A stretch of 64,000 nucleotides of DNA from Lama guanicoe (taxonomy: Eukaryota). The notes under the pieces were generated by a model that ran no database searches, was not told the origin of the DNA, and was given only the letters and a program-made list of their open reading frames with translations. Numbering within the stretch: the stretch's first letter is position 1; every line of letters begins with the position of its first letter. Positions 49,885 to 62,620 of this stretch are shown one piece after another. The stretch lies in NCBI GenBank assembly GCA_013239625.1, contig MU054323.1:16930029-16994028 (forward strand), in the 5' to 3' direction. Both the position numbers and the translations under genes were made by a program.

Positions 49885-50499
49885 CAGAACTGTTACCAAA
49901 GACCCTCTTTGTTCATTCCCCTGAACATGCAGGAGGCAGCCACTGGTTTATTGAGATCAGTGCTCCAGCTCCTTAAGAGTTAACTACTCACACTAAAGTG
50001 AGAAAGTCCAGAGACAAGGGAGAGATGTGAGCAGCTGGAGCAAGGGCTGCAGTATGGACAACTGCAGGCTTTGATTTTTTTTTCCTCCACTGACATAAAA
50101 ACCACTTTTGTCTCTGAATTCCCAACAGGCTGAGGATTTGTTCATTTTGCTTGGAAAGATGACAAGGGTCTTAACATTTTCCTTGGGGATTCCATTTAAA
50201 AGTAATAATAATATCAGAATACATTATTATATTTCAAATATATTCTAAACATATATTTAACTTTTTGCATTTTGAATGAATAAACATTCTTTTTAATCAG
50301 CCAAATAAACTAATTAATAAGAACTTATACATCTGTCTTCGTATCTAGTATTGAAGACGTTGCACATACGAACTGCTCAACACATTCAAGTTGATTTTTT
50401 AGAAATCATCGCCCGGATGAGGAGAGACAAGAGGCCCAAGGAGTCTGACAGTCCTGAGCCTGGAGTGCACTACAGGGCAAGGGGACCAGAAGGGAGTCA

Positions 50500-50945
50500 G
50501 CACATGGGGACTCTGTGACGGGCCACCAGATGCCCCTTCAGAAATGGAAAGCTGATTCCCCCAGATGCTGGAACTGCTGTCAGCTGATAGGTCTCAGCTG
50601 TCAACCGTCTTTGGGGATTATCTCGGTTGAAGGTTACTGCCTCACCCAAGGTCACGACACCTTCCCAAGGGGAGCCCATATCCAATGACTAATTGACACA
50701 GGAGAGAATGGCCAGGCTCCCTCGGCCTGCCTCAGGCAACTGAGGGGCCCCCCAGCTCCCAAGCTCCCTGTGGGCGAGTGGAGGCCTTCACTGGGCAGGC
50801 ACTACAGTCCAGCTTCGCCTCCAGCCACTCCTGTTCTCCTTCCCCACCTACTTCCACAGGGGTTGACCCCAGTGGCGCTCCCCAGTCAGCACCCTGCTCT
50901 CCAGTCTCCATCTGAGGCTGCTTCCCAGGAAGCCCCCGCAGCACT
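50500..50945 (+). mobile_element. LTR16A-like ERVL solo LTR
   Basis: CTGCCTCACCCAAGGTCACG...CCAATGACT...CCCAGCTCCCAAGCTCCCTGTGGG...CCACAGGGGTTGACCCC...TCTCCATCTGAGGCTGCTTCCCAGGAAGCCC. Confidence 0.8.
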
Positions 50946-51033
50946 GTGGTCTAGGACAGAGTTTCTGGAGTAAGCACCCTCTTTAGAGACTTCCATTCCC
51001 AGAATGTCACTTAAGACAATTTCTGATCACTGC

Positions 51034-51091
51034 ACCACATGAGCAAACTGAAGCCCAGAGATACCACATGAGCAAACTGAAGCCCAGAGAT
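51034..51091. repeat. Perfect 29-bp tandem duplication inside an antisense MIR (about 51030-51160)
   Basis: ACCACATGAGCAAACTGAAGCCCAGAGAT occurs at 51034-51062 and 51063-51091. Confidence 0.95.
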
Positions 51092-51576
51092 TCGAAGGCA
51101 CATGGACAAGATCACACAGCTGGCAGATGGTGGAGCCCATAGTCTAAATCAGGCTTTATCTCATGAACAACCTTATTATCCAACCTGTGGTCCTCAGTGG
51201 CTGTATGAGGACCTCACTCTCTCCTGGAGCAGCCCATGGGGTCAGCCCACCCACAGGCATCGCAGGCTCATGGAGGGTGGGGGAGATCTGCTCTCCTGGG
51301 TTCTCCAGCATGACTGGAGCCAAGGGGAAGCCTTGAAGATACCAGTAATACAAGTTCACCTTGTGTTGCCTATCTCCTAAGATTTCTAGATGGCAGAGTA
51401 ATTGGTCTTTCTCTTTCCTTTTAAGTTGACTTCCCAGTTTCCAGTGCCAGAGGCCAACCCTGGAAAAAACCTATACTAACTCGTTAATACTGATGCCATT
51501 AACACCTCCCTCCCCTCCTTCTTCCCAGGACAGCAGAAACACTGGCTCAATACAGATAATAATAAAGTCCTGCAGA

Positions 51577-51645
51577 GTGTGTGTGTATGTGTGTGTGTGT
51601 GTGTGCACGCTTGTGTGTGTGCATGTGTATGTGTGTGTGTGTGTG
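51577..51645. repeat. Interrupted (TG)n microsatellite
   Basis: About 70 nt of mostly alternating TG with a few interruptions. Confidence 0.95.
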
Positions 51646-53972
51646 GGGGGGATTCTGGAACAGTTAAATAAATATATCCTAATCTCTCACGGGATTCTGT
51701 GCAGTTTGGTTTTAGCCAACCAACATGGGCCAAAGACTATCCTAACCTGCGCAACTCTAGTAAAAGGCAAATGGAACACAGAGCAGTCTACATTCGATGC
51801 TTTCTGAAATGTCTAAGTCTCAGAGAATTTAGTACATGGGGAATCCCAAAAGTAGTTTAAAGATGCATGCACAAACACACACACACACAATCATGAGCTG
51901 GTGTTAAATTTGTCCTTCGCTGGCCTGGTTCAGGGCATTTCTGGATTTATTTGTGCCCTCACTTTTCCTCCTCCCTAGGCCGTCTCTTCCTGCCCCATTT
52001 GACCACAGTACTGGCCTTGACCCTGTTCAGAAATCTTTAAGCCTTGCCCCTAAGGATTCATGTGTCCCACTGACCAGCCTCCATAAAGGAGATGTTCTTT
52101 GGGTTCTGTCGTTTGCTGGAATAATTTTGCCATGTCTGAGAAACTGCTGAAGTGACAGCTTCACCTGTCTACTGGCTCGCTCCCCTCGCACGACTGTGGC
52201 AGTGCGAGCACCTGGTACAGATGCAGGGAACGCGGTGGGACCAATGGGACTGACACATGGTGTGAAAGAACAGGCTGTGAGATGAGAAGGGCATTCCCAA
52301 CAGTGCAGAAGGCATTTGGAGATCCAGCCTGAGAAATTCTGGAGGACATGCAAATTGCCACCAGCTACTGAAGATACAGGGACACGTGGACAGATGGTCT
52401 GAGAGAGGGCAGATGACTTTCAAGTCATTTCAGGCACGTACTCTGATCCACCCAGAAAGCATTCAGCCAGAGAAGGACCCAGTGGGGTTCTAATAATGAC
52501 CCTGTGGTCCTTGACCTCACTGCCTTAATAATGGATGAATAATGGTCAAAATATTTATAAAGGCCATTTTTTCCTCCAATGTGCTTGCTTGTTCAACTCA
52601 CAGGTCCAGGGACAAGGCTCGGCTGTCTGGGATGACAGGGTGCTAAGATTCCATTCTTTAATCAAACTTATTTTTAGTCATGGGGACAAGGGAGTTGAAT
52701 TACCATGCTACCATCCCCTTGGGATGAAATCCATCTGTTCCTAAGAATCTTAATGGAAATATTAGACCTTTTTTTTCCCTTCCATTACCTCTATTTTTGG
52801 GGAATAGATATTCTCCAAAAACTATTTTCTAAAAATCCATATTTGCTGATCTGTTTATATCTTGGGGTCTTCCCCCCCCATTTCATCTTTATCTTCCTCG
52901 TCATCACCATTACTCCCCATCACTTACGTTCTCCCCACCTGAACACCTACCACATAGGAAATGTTGTTTGGAAAAGTCATCTTTCCTTTAATAGATAACT
53001 GCACAGAACAGCAAGGAGGCACTCGGGGGAGGTGGAGTACTATGCTCGTCATGGAATCTGGAGAGCAAGCTTGCGTTTGGGAACTCAATAGTCAGCAAAG
53101 GAGCTGGTCCTTTTTATGGAGACCTGTCAGTCTTCAGCTGAATGTCAGAAGACACTCCTGATCTGCCTGCAGTTTTCATTTGATGATCCTGACCTTTCCA
53201 GTGTGCGTTACCGTGGCAAGATTCCCATTGGTCCAATGCGCCTCATTTGGAATCAGATGAGTAATTATGTCTTTTCTGGCTTCCTACCCCCTTCTAATTA
53301 GTGTACTTTCCCTAACCAGAGCCAGCAGGAGCTGCCTCAAACTCTCTGCATTCCTTTCTACTGAATCTCCGAAGCTTGTTTGACTAGACAGTAAATGTTA
53401 ATTGCTAAAAGTAGCCCTGGAAGGGTTTACGACTCAGAGTCCCTCCTCCCCCTCCCTCCCCTCTCCCTCAGCCCCTTTCTCTACCCTCCAGTCTTCCTTC
53501 TTCCTGGTCAGTCTACATGATAATAACACCTTGATGTTGAATCTCTTTTTTTTTAGTTTGCATCATACCTTTGAGCCCATGTAAGAAAGACTTTAGGGAT
53601 GGGATGGCAGGCGAGTGGGAGCCTGGAGGGCAGTGAGCTGTGGGGCTGGCCAAGGAGCATAGGTGGAAGACTGAGAACATTTCCAAGAAAGGTAGCCCAC
53701 CTGGGCTGTGACCCTCACTGCCTTCCCAAGAGGGAAGGGAGGACAGAGCCCAGGTAGGCCTTCCTTGAAGTGGAAATGACCAAGCGCTGGCCCTTGGGAT
53801 GAGCAGCCTTGATGAAGTTCACTCTGAAACCAGTGGCAGGTATGAGCCTAAGACCTTGCTCTTGCCCATCCTGCATCTTCCCATTAGATCAGTGCTTCTC
53901 AAAAAGTGTCAGCAACAGGATCTTCACCCGAAACAAAATGTAGGCAGAATCTACTGTTTAAAGCAGGTAGAA

Positions 53973-54750
53973 GTTTAGAATGGCCATTATCAAAAAGGCT
54001 ACAAATAACAAGTGTTGGAGAGGATGTGGAAAAAAGGGACTCCTGTACACTGTTGGTCGGAATGTAAATTGGTACAGCTACTAAGGAAAACAGCATGGAG
54101 GCTCCTCAAAAAACTACAAATAGAAGTACCGTACGATCCAGCAATTCCACACCTGGGTATGTATCTGGGAAAAACAAACACATTAATTTGAAAAGATACA
54201 TGAACCCCAACGGTCACAGCAGCATTATTTATAATACCCGAGACACGGAAGCAAGCCAGGTGCTCATCAACAGATGAATGGATAAAGAAGACGTGGTATA
54301 CATATACACAATGGAATGTACTCAGCTATCAAAAAGAATGAAATTCTGCCATTTGCAGCAACATGGATGGACCTAGAGAATATTATGCTTAGTGAAATAA
54401 GTCAGACAAACACTAATACTATATGATATCACTTATAAGTGGAATCTAAAAAATAATACAAATGAATGTATGTGCAAAAGAGAAACAGACTCACAGATAT
54501 AAAAAGCAAATTCGTGGTTACCAAAGGGGAGAGGGAAGGGGGGAGAGACAAATTAGGGGCATGGAGTTAACAGACACAAACTACTGCACACAAAATAGAT
54601 AAGCAACAAGGATATATTATATAGTACAGGGAATTAAAGCCATTATCTTGTAATAACTTTTAATGGAGTATAATCTGCAAAAATACTGAATCACTATGCT
54701 ATACATCTGAAAATAATATAATATTGTAAATCAACTATGCTTCAGTTTAA
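53973..54750 (+). mobile_element. 5'-truncated L1 (older than the 12-kb copy): degenerate ORF2 end and 3' UTR
   Basis: AGAATGGCCATTATCAAAAAG...TGTTGGAGAGGATGTGG...GCCATTTGCAGCAACATGGATGGACCTAGAG...GTGGAATCTAAA...TTGTAAATCAACTAT; the ORF is disrupted. Confidence 0.93.
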
Positions 54751-56379
54751 GAGAAGCAGAAGCTGAGTAGGTGAGGGGAGAGAATGAGCTTCCTCCTCAG
54801 TCTCCCCTTTCCCCACCCTCTGCCCTTGCAATACCCCCAGCAAACTGCTGGGAAGAGTGGGGACCACCGCTCCTCTCAGCCAGCAGCCTCCTTTAGGCAG
54901 AAGGACACTGTAACCCTAGCCTTCCCCTCCCCCACTCTCCCTCTCCCCAGCCAGAGGGGAGGACAGATGCTCCCAAATAAATGAGCTGAAATTCAAGTAA
55001 GAGAAATTCCGAGGGGCTGTTTACTTGGTGTTCCATGCCTAGCAGGTTCTAGTGTGGCCTCTGGCTTCATCACCCCTCTGGGTTGTCAGGGAGGCCCGGG
55101 GCAGGGGGGGAGGGGGCAGACAGCCGACATTGCCAGGAAGCCTGGCGGCACTGGGTGGCAGTGCTGCTGGCTCAAAGACATGTGGTGTCTGATACCTGCC
55201 CACCTGCTTGAGCCTTTCCACATCTCTCCCACTTCCAGACAGATTCCTGGCTCTGCTGTGTGGGGTTTCCTCATGCCTTCTCACCCATTCCACACCAAGT
55301 CTGCATCAAATTAGACAGCATGGATTCGGGGGGAAGAGAAGATATGGAAATGTTAATACAAACAGTCCTGCTTTTTTTTTCTTTTTAACTACTGGGCAGC
55401 ACTTGGAGAGCATCCAGCAGAGCAGGTGGCAGACTCCTCCCTGACTTCTCTAGGGGGCAGCAGGAGGGGTGCTGGACCTGGAGTCAGGGGCCAGCTCTGC
55501 TTTTCACTCTGTTACAGACAGTCTCAGTGGTCCTCAGCAATGTCTTGACTCTCTAAACTTGGCCTCTCAGTAAAATTAAAAGGTTGTTTCTAAGGTCTCT
55601 TCTCTACCTTTGTGTTTAATAGGCCACCAATGGTCACTGCCTAGTAAACCCCTAGCCCTGCTCTGAGGAAAGGGGCCCAGGAGGCTCTTTTGGTGGCACT
55701 ACCCTGGATAGTGCCTGCATGCTGAATGACATCAGCCTTGCAGCCCTGCCCAGGACCAGCTGGAACAGAGAAGATGCCCAGACCAAGAGCAATCCACACA
55801 CTGGACAGGTGAGGCTGCCACCAGGGAGGTGATCCACCCAAAAGGGACCTTCCTAAACGATAGTGACCAGATCCTCAGGTCCTCCCAGGTCAGGAGGATG
55901 AATGTGAGGTTCATACAGGGAGCGTGTGGGAGTAACCACTGGAAGATAGGGTGCTCTGAACAAGGACTAGCCGCTGTCCCACTTCTCCCAGGCACTCCCC
56001 TGGCCAGCGTTGGGCGCACTGGGACAAGGCACAGCTGCGCCACTGTTAAGATGCTTTCCAGGGCCCCGTACTTTCTCTCATGGCCTTGCAGTCAACATCC
56101 ATCATCTGAGGAGAGCCAGGTCTCCAGGTCTTGTCCTTGCAACCCTAAGCACCAGCCCCAAAGCACCTAGAGATGATCTCTCCATTCTATTCTGTAAGCA
56201 GGTCGTGATGGGAAGGTCTGCGTCATAAACCACTGGACACCTTGAGTTCTGTGTTGGGCATGACTCACTCCGATTCCAACGCACGGGATTAACTCCATGT
56301 GGGTCAATGGAGCAAATGTTACTTCAAAATCAGGAGCCCTGAGTAGGGTATTACTAACCAATAAGGTGAGGTTGAGAGA

Positions 56380-56530
56380 GGTGCTTGACCTCTGGGTCAG
56401 TCTCCTCAGCACCCGATGGGAACAATATTATTCAATCCCCCCACCTCCTAGGGCTGTGGCAGAAGGAAATCCAAGGTGATCCTGCACATGAACCTACTTA
56501 GGCCTATACAGTGTGTGAGGCTGGCAGTTG
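56380..56530 (+). mobile_element. MIR fragment
   Basis: CTTGACCTCTGGGTCAGTCTCCTCAGC...ATGGGAACAATA...CCACCTCCTAGGGCTGTGG. Confidence 0.55.
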
Positions 56531-56564
56531 TCCTTAATGCCCAGACCAGGACAGGCAGGAGACA

Positions 56565-56812
56565 GCAGGATGTGGACAGTAAGAGCACTGGCTCTGGAGT
56601 CAGACTTCACTGGGCTCAGACTGTGGCTCTGGCACTTCCTTCACATGAGGTGCCCTTGAACAAATGACCTAGCTTCCTGTGCCTCAGTTTTCTCATCTGT
56701 AAAGTGGGGAGGATAATAATAGTTCCTGCTTCATGGGGTTGTTAACGAAGTTGGCACATGTCAAGTGCCTAGAACAGTGCCTCGCATATAGTAAATGCTC
56801 AATAAATGACTA
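56565..56812 (+). mobile_element. Full-length MIR SINE
   Basis: AAGAGCACTGGCTCTGGAGTCAGAC...CTGTGCCTCAGTTTTCTCATCTGTAAAGTGGGG...CCTAGAACAGTGCCT...ATAGTAAATGCTCAATAAATG. Confidence 0.92.
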
Positions 56813-57694
56813 CTGTTTTTCAGAGCAACATGTTCCTCTGGCCAGAAGCACATTGTGTGGGTGCCCACAGCCCTCCTGTGCACATCAGAATGGAACCTTT
56901 GCTGGGGGGTCCTCCTCCCTTAAGGCCAGTGCTAGGCCTTCATTCAGCTGCATCTGTACTGTGGGGCCTCGTGCAGCTCCCTCCTGCCACAGAGCCTCGG
57001 TCTCCTCCAAAAGGAAAGACCATCATAATGACCTGTCACACAATCACGGGGACTGCTTTGTTTGCTGCGTCCCAGAAAAACCCTGTACTCCACAACTTCC
57101 AGGCATGCCCCTGACCGTGGAGGGGGCCTGAGCACACACGAGTCACGGAACCAGGACAAGAAATCACTCTGGGCCTGAAGAGCTCCCCTGCAAAGCACAG
57201 AGAATGGTTTTTGCTCTCACCTCCTTTAAAGGAGTGATTGCCCAGCTTTTCTTTTGTCTTTCATTTTCCTGGCTGGGAGCACAGAAACCCCTCACCTGGA
57301 GTTCACAACGAGGTGGACATTTTAAGAGGAGTTTAATTTCCAGAATGTAGCCTGCTCTCCTCTGCAGAGCCCCTCACTGGAACCAGCGGGCCCTGACCCA
57401 GCTGGTGGGCCGAGAGCGGGGAGGGCACACGCCCAGCCCAAGTGACCTCACTCTGAGTTTTCTGAGGGAGCAATCTGAACAAGTGAGCCCCGAACCCTGG
57501 CAGCCTGGCCCGAGCTGAGCCGTCCGTGCAGCAAACGGCTGGGGGTCTCCACCACGCATCACTCAGTGCTTCTGCAGTGGTTCTAATGTCAACTGCCCAG
57601 AGATGATCACCTGGTGACCCCAAGACGAGTCTCCTCTGGAGCAGAAGGACTGGAGAGGGAAAGGGAGAGGGTCCCACTGCATTTTTATATACAT

Positions 57695-57880
57695 ATTTTT
57701 TTTTAATTCAAGTATAGTCAGTTTGCAATGTTGTGTTAGTTTCTGGTGTACAGCATAGAGGTTCAGTTATACATATATATATATATGTATATATTCTTTT
57801 TCATTAAAGGTTATTACAAGACCTTGAATAGAGTTCCCTGGGCTGTATAATAGGACTCTGTTGTTTGTTTTTTTATCTAG
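57695..57880 (-). mobile_element. Artiodactyl-type L1 3' end with an internal (TA)n tract
   Basis: Poly(T) then AATTCAAGTATAGTCAGTTTGCAATGTTGTGTTAGTTTCTGGTGTACAGCATAG...GGTTATTACAAGACCTTGAATAGAGTTCCCTG. Confidence 0.88.
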
Positions 57881-59808
57881 AAGTTAGTGTCTGCACTGTG
57901 AGTGGCTCTGTGTGTTGAGTCGGCTGCTGGTTGGAATGCCACACTCGGCCGCGGTGTCTGTCACTGACAGACAGCCTTCATGTGTGGCCAGAGTGACATC
58001 TTTGGCTCTGAGTTTGGACTTCCTAACCCCTAGATGTGAGCCATAAGCAGGAGTGACCAGTTCTTGGTATTTACTCATATGGCACAGAGACGTCTGTCCT
58101 TGAATCAGATCCCAAGCCGAACCCTGGGCTCTGCCGGCCTGGCTTCCATAGCTGCTTCACAAGTGAATCCTAACAACTGACCGGTGTAACAGGACGTAAG
58201 AAGCAGTACATCCGAGCCTCACCAAGGACGCAAACACGCAATCCCAGGAAGGCTTTGGGTCAGGAAAGACGGATCGAGAGTCCCCGCATTGCTCCCCAGC
58301 TGCGCAGGCCCTGACCTGGGACTGACAGCATCTTCCTCCAGGAGAGAATTACTCTTTGTATGCGAGTAAGGGACACAGGTGGTGAGGTTTTCTCTGTGGA
58401 GGTCAAAAACGTTTTGCAGATTTTACCTTTTCCAATCACAAAAATATTTTTAAAATTTCAATATTTTCTGGAGCAAAGTCTGTATGAGGCATGATATTGT
58501 TACTGTGAATCCCATCATACAGCGAAGCCAAGGCCTGTGGGACCACAGGAGCGTAATCCAGTCCCTCTTCCAACAAATACGTGAGCCAGTGAAAAACCAA
58601 AACAGCCTGCTAAGCGATGCATAAATTTCTCTCACTAAAACACAGCCTGTAGTCACTCACAAGATTTGATAATCCAGCAGCGGTGGTCAGGACCTGATTA
58701 AGACCTTTAGAGAGCGTAAATACAGAATCAATTAAGAAACCTTATCCCAAGTAAAAACAACACTAAACTGCAATTTTTTTTTAAATTATAAAGGGAGGAA
58801 GACAAGGATCTGATTTTTCCCATGATGAATACTTCATTAGCAAGTGATCCCACCCCTCCACCCGCCTCCCTCCACCAAATGTTTAATCCGGCCTTGCGGG
58901 GAGAGAAGGAGAGGTTGCCTTTGAGTGCTTATTGCCTAGAACGTGAGAGCTCATTCCCAGGGGGGAGAGAGAGCCTTTCTCACACTGCCAAGTGGTCTAA
59001 AGTAGCCACGGCACTTGAGGGGTCGCGTGCTGGGGCAGGGCTGAGAATTCTCTGGAGGGGAGGAGCCTGATGCTGTCATCTCCGAGTGGGGAAGAGATGG
59101 CAAAGTCCAGCTCAGGAAGTCTCCCGGGAGGGAACTGAGGCTGTTTGAGCCTGTGGGAGAATGACGTTGGAGTGAAATCAGAGGGCAGACATGGAGCCCA
59201 AGCAGAAAAGTATCTGGACTCATCTCGGGAATTAAGGGCAAAGGCAAGAACTCAGTCTTCACCGAGAAGCGTGTGTGCATGTTCTCGGGGAAACGCGGGG
59301 GAGAAACACTGGCTTTTAAAGTCAGCTTTTAGGAGACACGAGACTTAAAAGTTAGGCTAGGGGAATAGAGAAGGGCAGGAGATAGGGAAGGTTGGGAAAT
59401 AGCTCAGTAATATCATTGGTTAATACAAGCTGATCCCTCTAACCTCCGAATCCCATAGTCTTAGATGTACTGTGCCCTGAGATTCGTGAGATTCGTCGGC
59501 CCTTGGCTGTGCCCCAGGAGGGTGGATGCATAGACACTGTGTGGGAGGGACACTGTGGGAGCCCAAAGGGGGAAAGGCTGGGAATCCCAGAGCACCCCTT
59601 TTGGAAAAGCCATTCCTCCTTGACCTTGGATGATTCTGGAAGAACATGACTATCATACAAGGGGCAATAAGAAGTGTCTGGAAGCCTTCTACCCTTCTAC
59701 TTGTAACTGTCCTGAGACCAAGTTTTCATACAGTAGTACCTTGTGTTCTGTTTATTGTTTGTTTGTTTGACTTTCTCTCTAAATAAGCTTCTTTAGCTGT
59801 TAAAAAAC

Positions 59809-59980
59809 CAGTGGTTCCTGAAACAGGGGTTGCTGGACCAGCAGCATCAATATCTCCTGGGAGCTTGTTAGAACTACGGATGCTCCATCTGACCCCAGAC
59901 CCAGAGCAGCAGAAACTTTAGGGGTGGGGCCAGCAACCCGTTCTGGCAATGCTGATGTAGGCCTGCTTGAGAACCACTCC
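59809..59980. mobile_element. MER5A
   Basis: CAGTGGTTCC...GGACCAGCAGCATCAATATCTCCTGGGAGCTTGTTAGAA...GGGGTGGGGCCAGCAA...TTGAGAACCACT. Confidence 0.85.
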
Positions 59981-60108
59981 TCAGCAGGCCCACTGCCCTA
60001 GAAAAGTCCTAAATCATTCATCTTTTTGCTCTTCATCCATCTCTGTTTGGCTTTTGTGTTTAAACTTTCACTGACATGTAGCTCAGCGTTGCTGGGGTTA
60101 TCATGCAT

Positions 60109-60615
60109 TTTTTTAACTTTTTTTTTATTGAGTAATAGTCATTTTATAATGTTGTGTCAAATTCCAGTGTAGAGCACAATTTTTCAGTTACACATGAACA
60201 TACATACATTTATTGTCACATTCCCTTTCGCTGTGAGCCACCACAAGATCCTGTATAAATTTCCTCGTGCTACACAGTACAATCTTGTTTATCTATTCTA
60301 CATTTTGAAATCCCAGTCTGTCCCTTCCCACCCCCCAGCCCCCGGGCAACCACAAGTTTGTATTCTATGTCTATGAGTCTGTTTCTGTTTTGTACTTATG
60401 ATTTTTTTTAAGATTTCACATATGAATGATCTCATATGGTATTTTTGTCTCTCTTTCTGGCTTACTTCACTTAGAATGACACTCTCCAAGAGCATCCATG
60501 TTGCTGCAAAGGGCGTTATGTTGTCGGTTTTTATGGCTGAGTAGTATTCCACTGTATAAATATACTACATCTTCTCTATCCAGTCATCAGTTGATGGACA
60601 TTTAGGCTGTTTCCA
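60109..60615 (-). mobile_element. 5'-truncated young L1 of the same family as 12206-13422, with TSD
   Basis: The minus ORF 60298..60552 begins [34 protein letters not shown]; poly(T) tail; TSD TTATCATGCAT at 60098-60108 and 60616-60626. Confidence 0.96.
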
Positions 60616-61129
60616 TTATCATGCATATTTTGAGTCAACTCTTTTAGCCTTGAGGGTGAGGAGGAGGTGCAAGGGGCCAAATTTGTAATTGGACTCACTG
60701 GATCTGCTGCTTTTCTAGGCTCGGGGTGGTCCAGCAAAGTAAACAAAAAGCTGGGTTGCATGTGGCTCCCTCGGAGCCGTCTGGATTGGCCAGGCAACTG
60801 AGAAGTAGCCTTAAGACCTGCCCCAGCTGGTCCAGGTCCTTCCCTTGGGAAACCAGAACTCAGAGGGTGGCCCATGACAGGAGGGTGACAGCTGAGACTG
60901 TTCACGTGCTTCCCCGTTTCCTTTTCACTTTCAGGTTCAGTCCCCCTAGCAGTTCTCAACCGCAAGGCCCCCCACCAACCCCTGGGGAAGATGGAATTTT
61001 ATAGCCCGGGAGACTCCGTCCCACTGCCACCTTTTAGCCCCATACCCCTCCTTCCCCCCGGCCACACATTCCTTCTGGCTCTCTCTGGGTTCTGGGCTTG
61101 CCAGAACATTCCAAGACAGAGGCCATTCC

Positions 61130-61400
61130 TTCCTGTCTGGCTCACGTTGTCAAGCAAGATATGTGAGGCCAAAGACAGGTATCGGTCAGGGAGGCCGAGG
61201 CATGTGATCCCTGCGGCCTCTGGCACGTGGAGAGGAGGAAGTGACGGGGGCCTGGAGCCAGCTAACCGAGGAGGAGGGTTCCTTACGCGAGGGAAGCACA
61301 CGGGTCTGAGCACAGCTATTCACCTGCGGCTGCTAAGTGCGCTGCGCGTCAGCCTGCGCGAGCTCACCTAGCTGTCAGAGTGAAGACAGAGAGAGCCATC
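61130..61400. promoter_or_regulatory. Candidate promoter/enhancer (CpG-rich, E-box plus ETS-CRE composite)
   Basis: CATGTG at 61201, CACGTG at 61224-61229, GGAAGTGACG at 61237-61246, and several CGCG/GCGC sites. Confidence 0.4.
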
Positions 61401-62259
61401 GGGAAGGGGCCGTTCAGTTCAGCAAAAGCATTCACTGAACCATGTCCTCTGTTGGCTGCTAAGGAGTTTGTGGTCAAGAAGAGGGACATAGGCCAGTAAC
61501 CAGTTGTCCAAATCCATGTGATACATAAAATGAAACAATCTCCAGTCGACAAAAATCCTGCAGAAGCGCTTAGAAAGTTGAGGCAGGCAGACCTGGTGGC
61601 TGTTTCCAGAAGGATGTTCCAGGCAGAGAGAACAGTACATACAAAAGCCAGGGAGCAGGGCTGGGGTGCTCTAATCCTGAAACAATCAAATTAAGCTAAG
61701 GTTCAGTGCCAGGAGCAGAGTCAGGAAGGTGGCCTCCTTACGACGGGGCCAAAATCTGAGCAGGAGAACCCGAGAGAAGAGAGCAGGTAAGGTCAGGCAG
61801 GGACAGGAGGGACACAGCAGGGTGGGGAGAAGCGAGGCCAGGGAGGAGGGAGGCCAGGGAGTTTACTTGGACAATCAGGCAGCCCTAAGGCCTTTCTAGG
61901 CTCGTGGGTGCTGCTTGGGAGAGCAGGCTTGCCGAGACAGCTGGGCACACTCCCGCCACACAGACTGTCTGTGCAGACGCTGACGTCCCCAACCAGGAGG
62001 AACGGGGCTGCTCTGCTTGAAGGAAGAGTGGGAGCTGGAGCCTAGGGACATTTTAAACCCCCTTATGTGTCTGAGACGCCATGAACTGGAATAAAAGGGA
62101 GAATCCAGGAGTGTAGAACGAAAATCTGCCCACTCATACACAAGAGGAGGTTTTGCAAGAATCCTGGGGGCAAAGAGGATACAAGAATAGAAATGTTTAC
62201 AGAACAAAAAAGAACTCACTGGAGGTATGTTCTGTTCTGTCTCTATCTATAAAGAGATT

Positions 62260-62615
62260 TTTCCCTCCGATGTCGGGCTCTGTCCTCAGTTCTCCCCCCA
62301 GTGTCACTCACTGTGGGTTATCTCTTGTGCCCCAGGACTTCAGTTACCATGACAACCCGATCTCCAGGCCAGTTTCCTGGAGCAGACAACTGCTTACTGG
62401 ACATCTTTACCTTGACACTCATGGACACACAAACCTAACGTGACACATCCAAAACCGAGTGTATCACCATCTCTCCTCCCCTACCCCTCTCCAGTGAACC
62501 TGAGCTCAGGAGACAGGACCTCAATTCAACTTGCCGGACCCAGACATCCCGTGAGGCCTTTTTCTCACCTACTCTCCCTAAGGAAATTATTTACTGAATC
62601 ATTCTGGAACCTATT
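62260..62615 (+). mobile_element. L2 fragment, continuing at about 63089-63310 after the MLT1 insertion
   Basis: CAACTGCTTACTGGACATCTTTACCTTGA...ACATCCAAAACCGAG; downstream TTGAGGACAAGG...GGCTCAATAAGTATTTTCTGAAT. Confidence 0.7.
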
Positions 62616-62620
62616 CACCT

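Noticed and set aside
51034..51091. CRISPR-like direct repeat
   Set aside because: There are only two adjacent copies with no spacer, no cas genes, and the context is eukaryotic.
51476..51807. His/Thr-rich and Val/Cys-rich ORFs
   Set aside because: They are translations of the (TG)n microsatellite.
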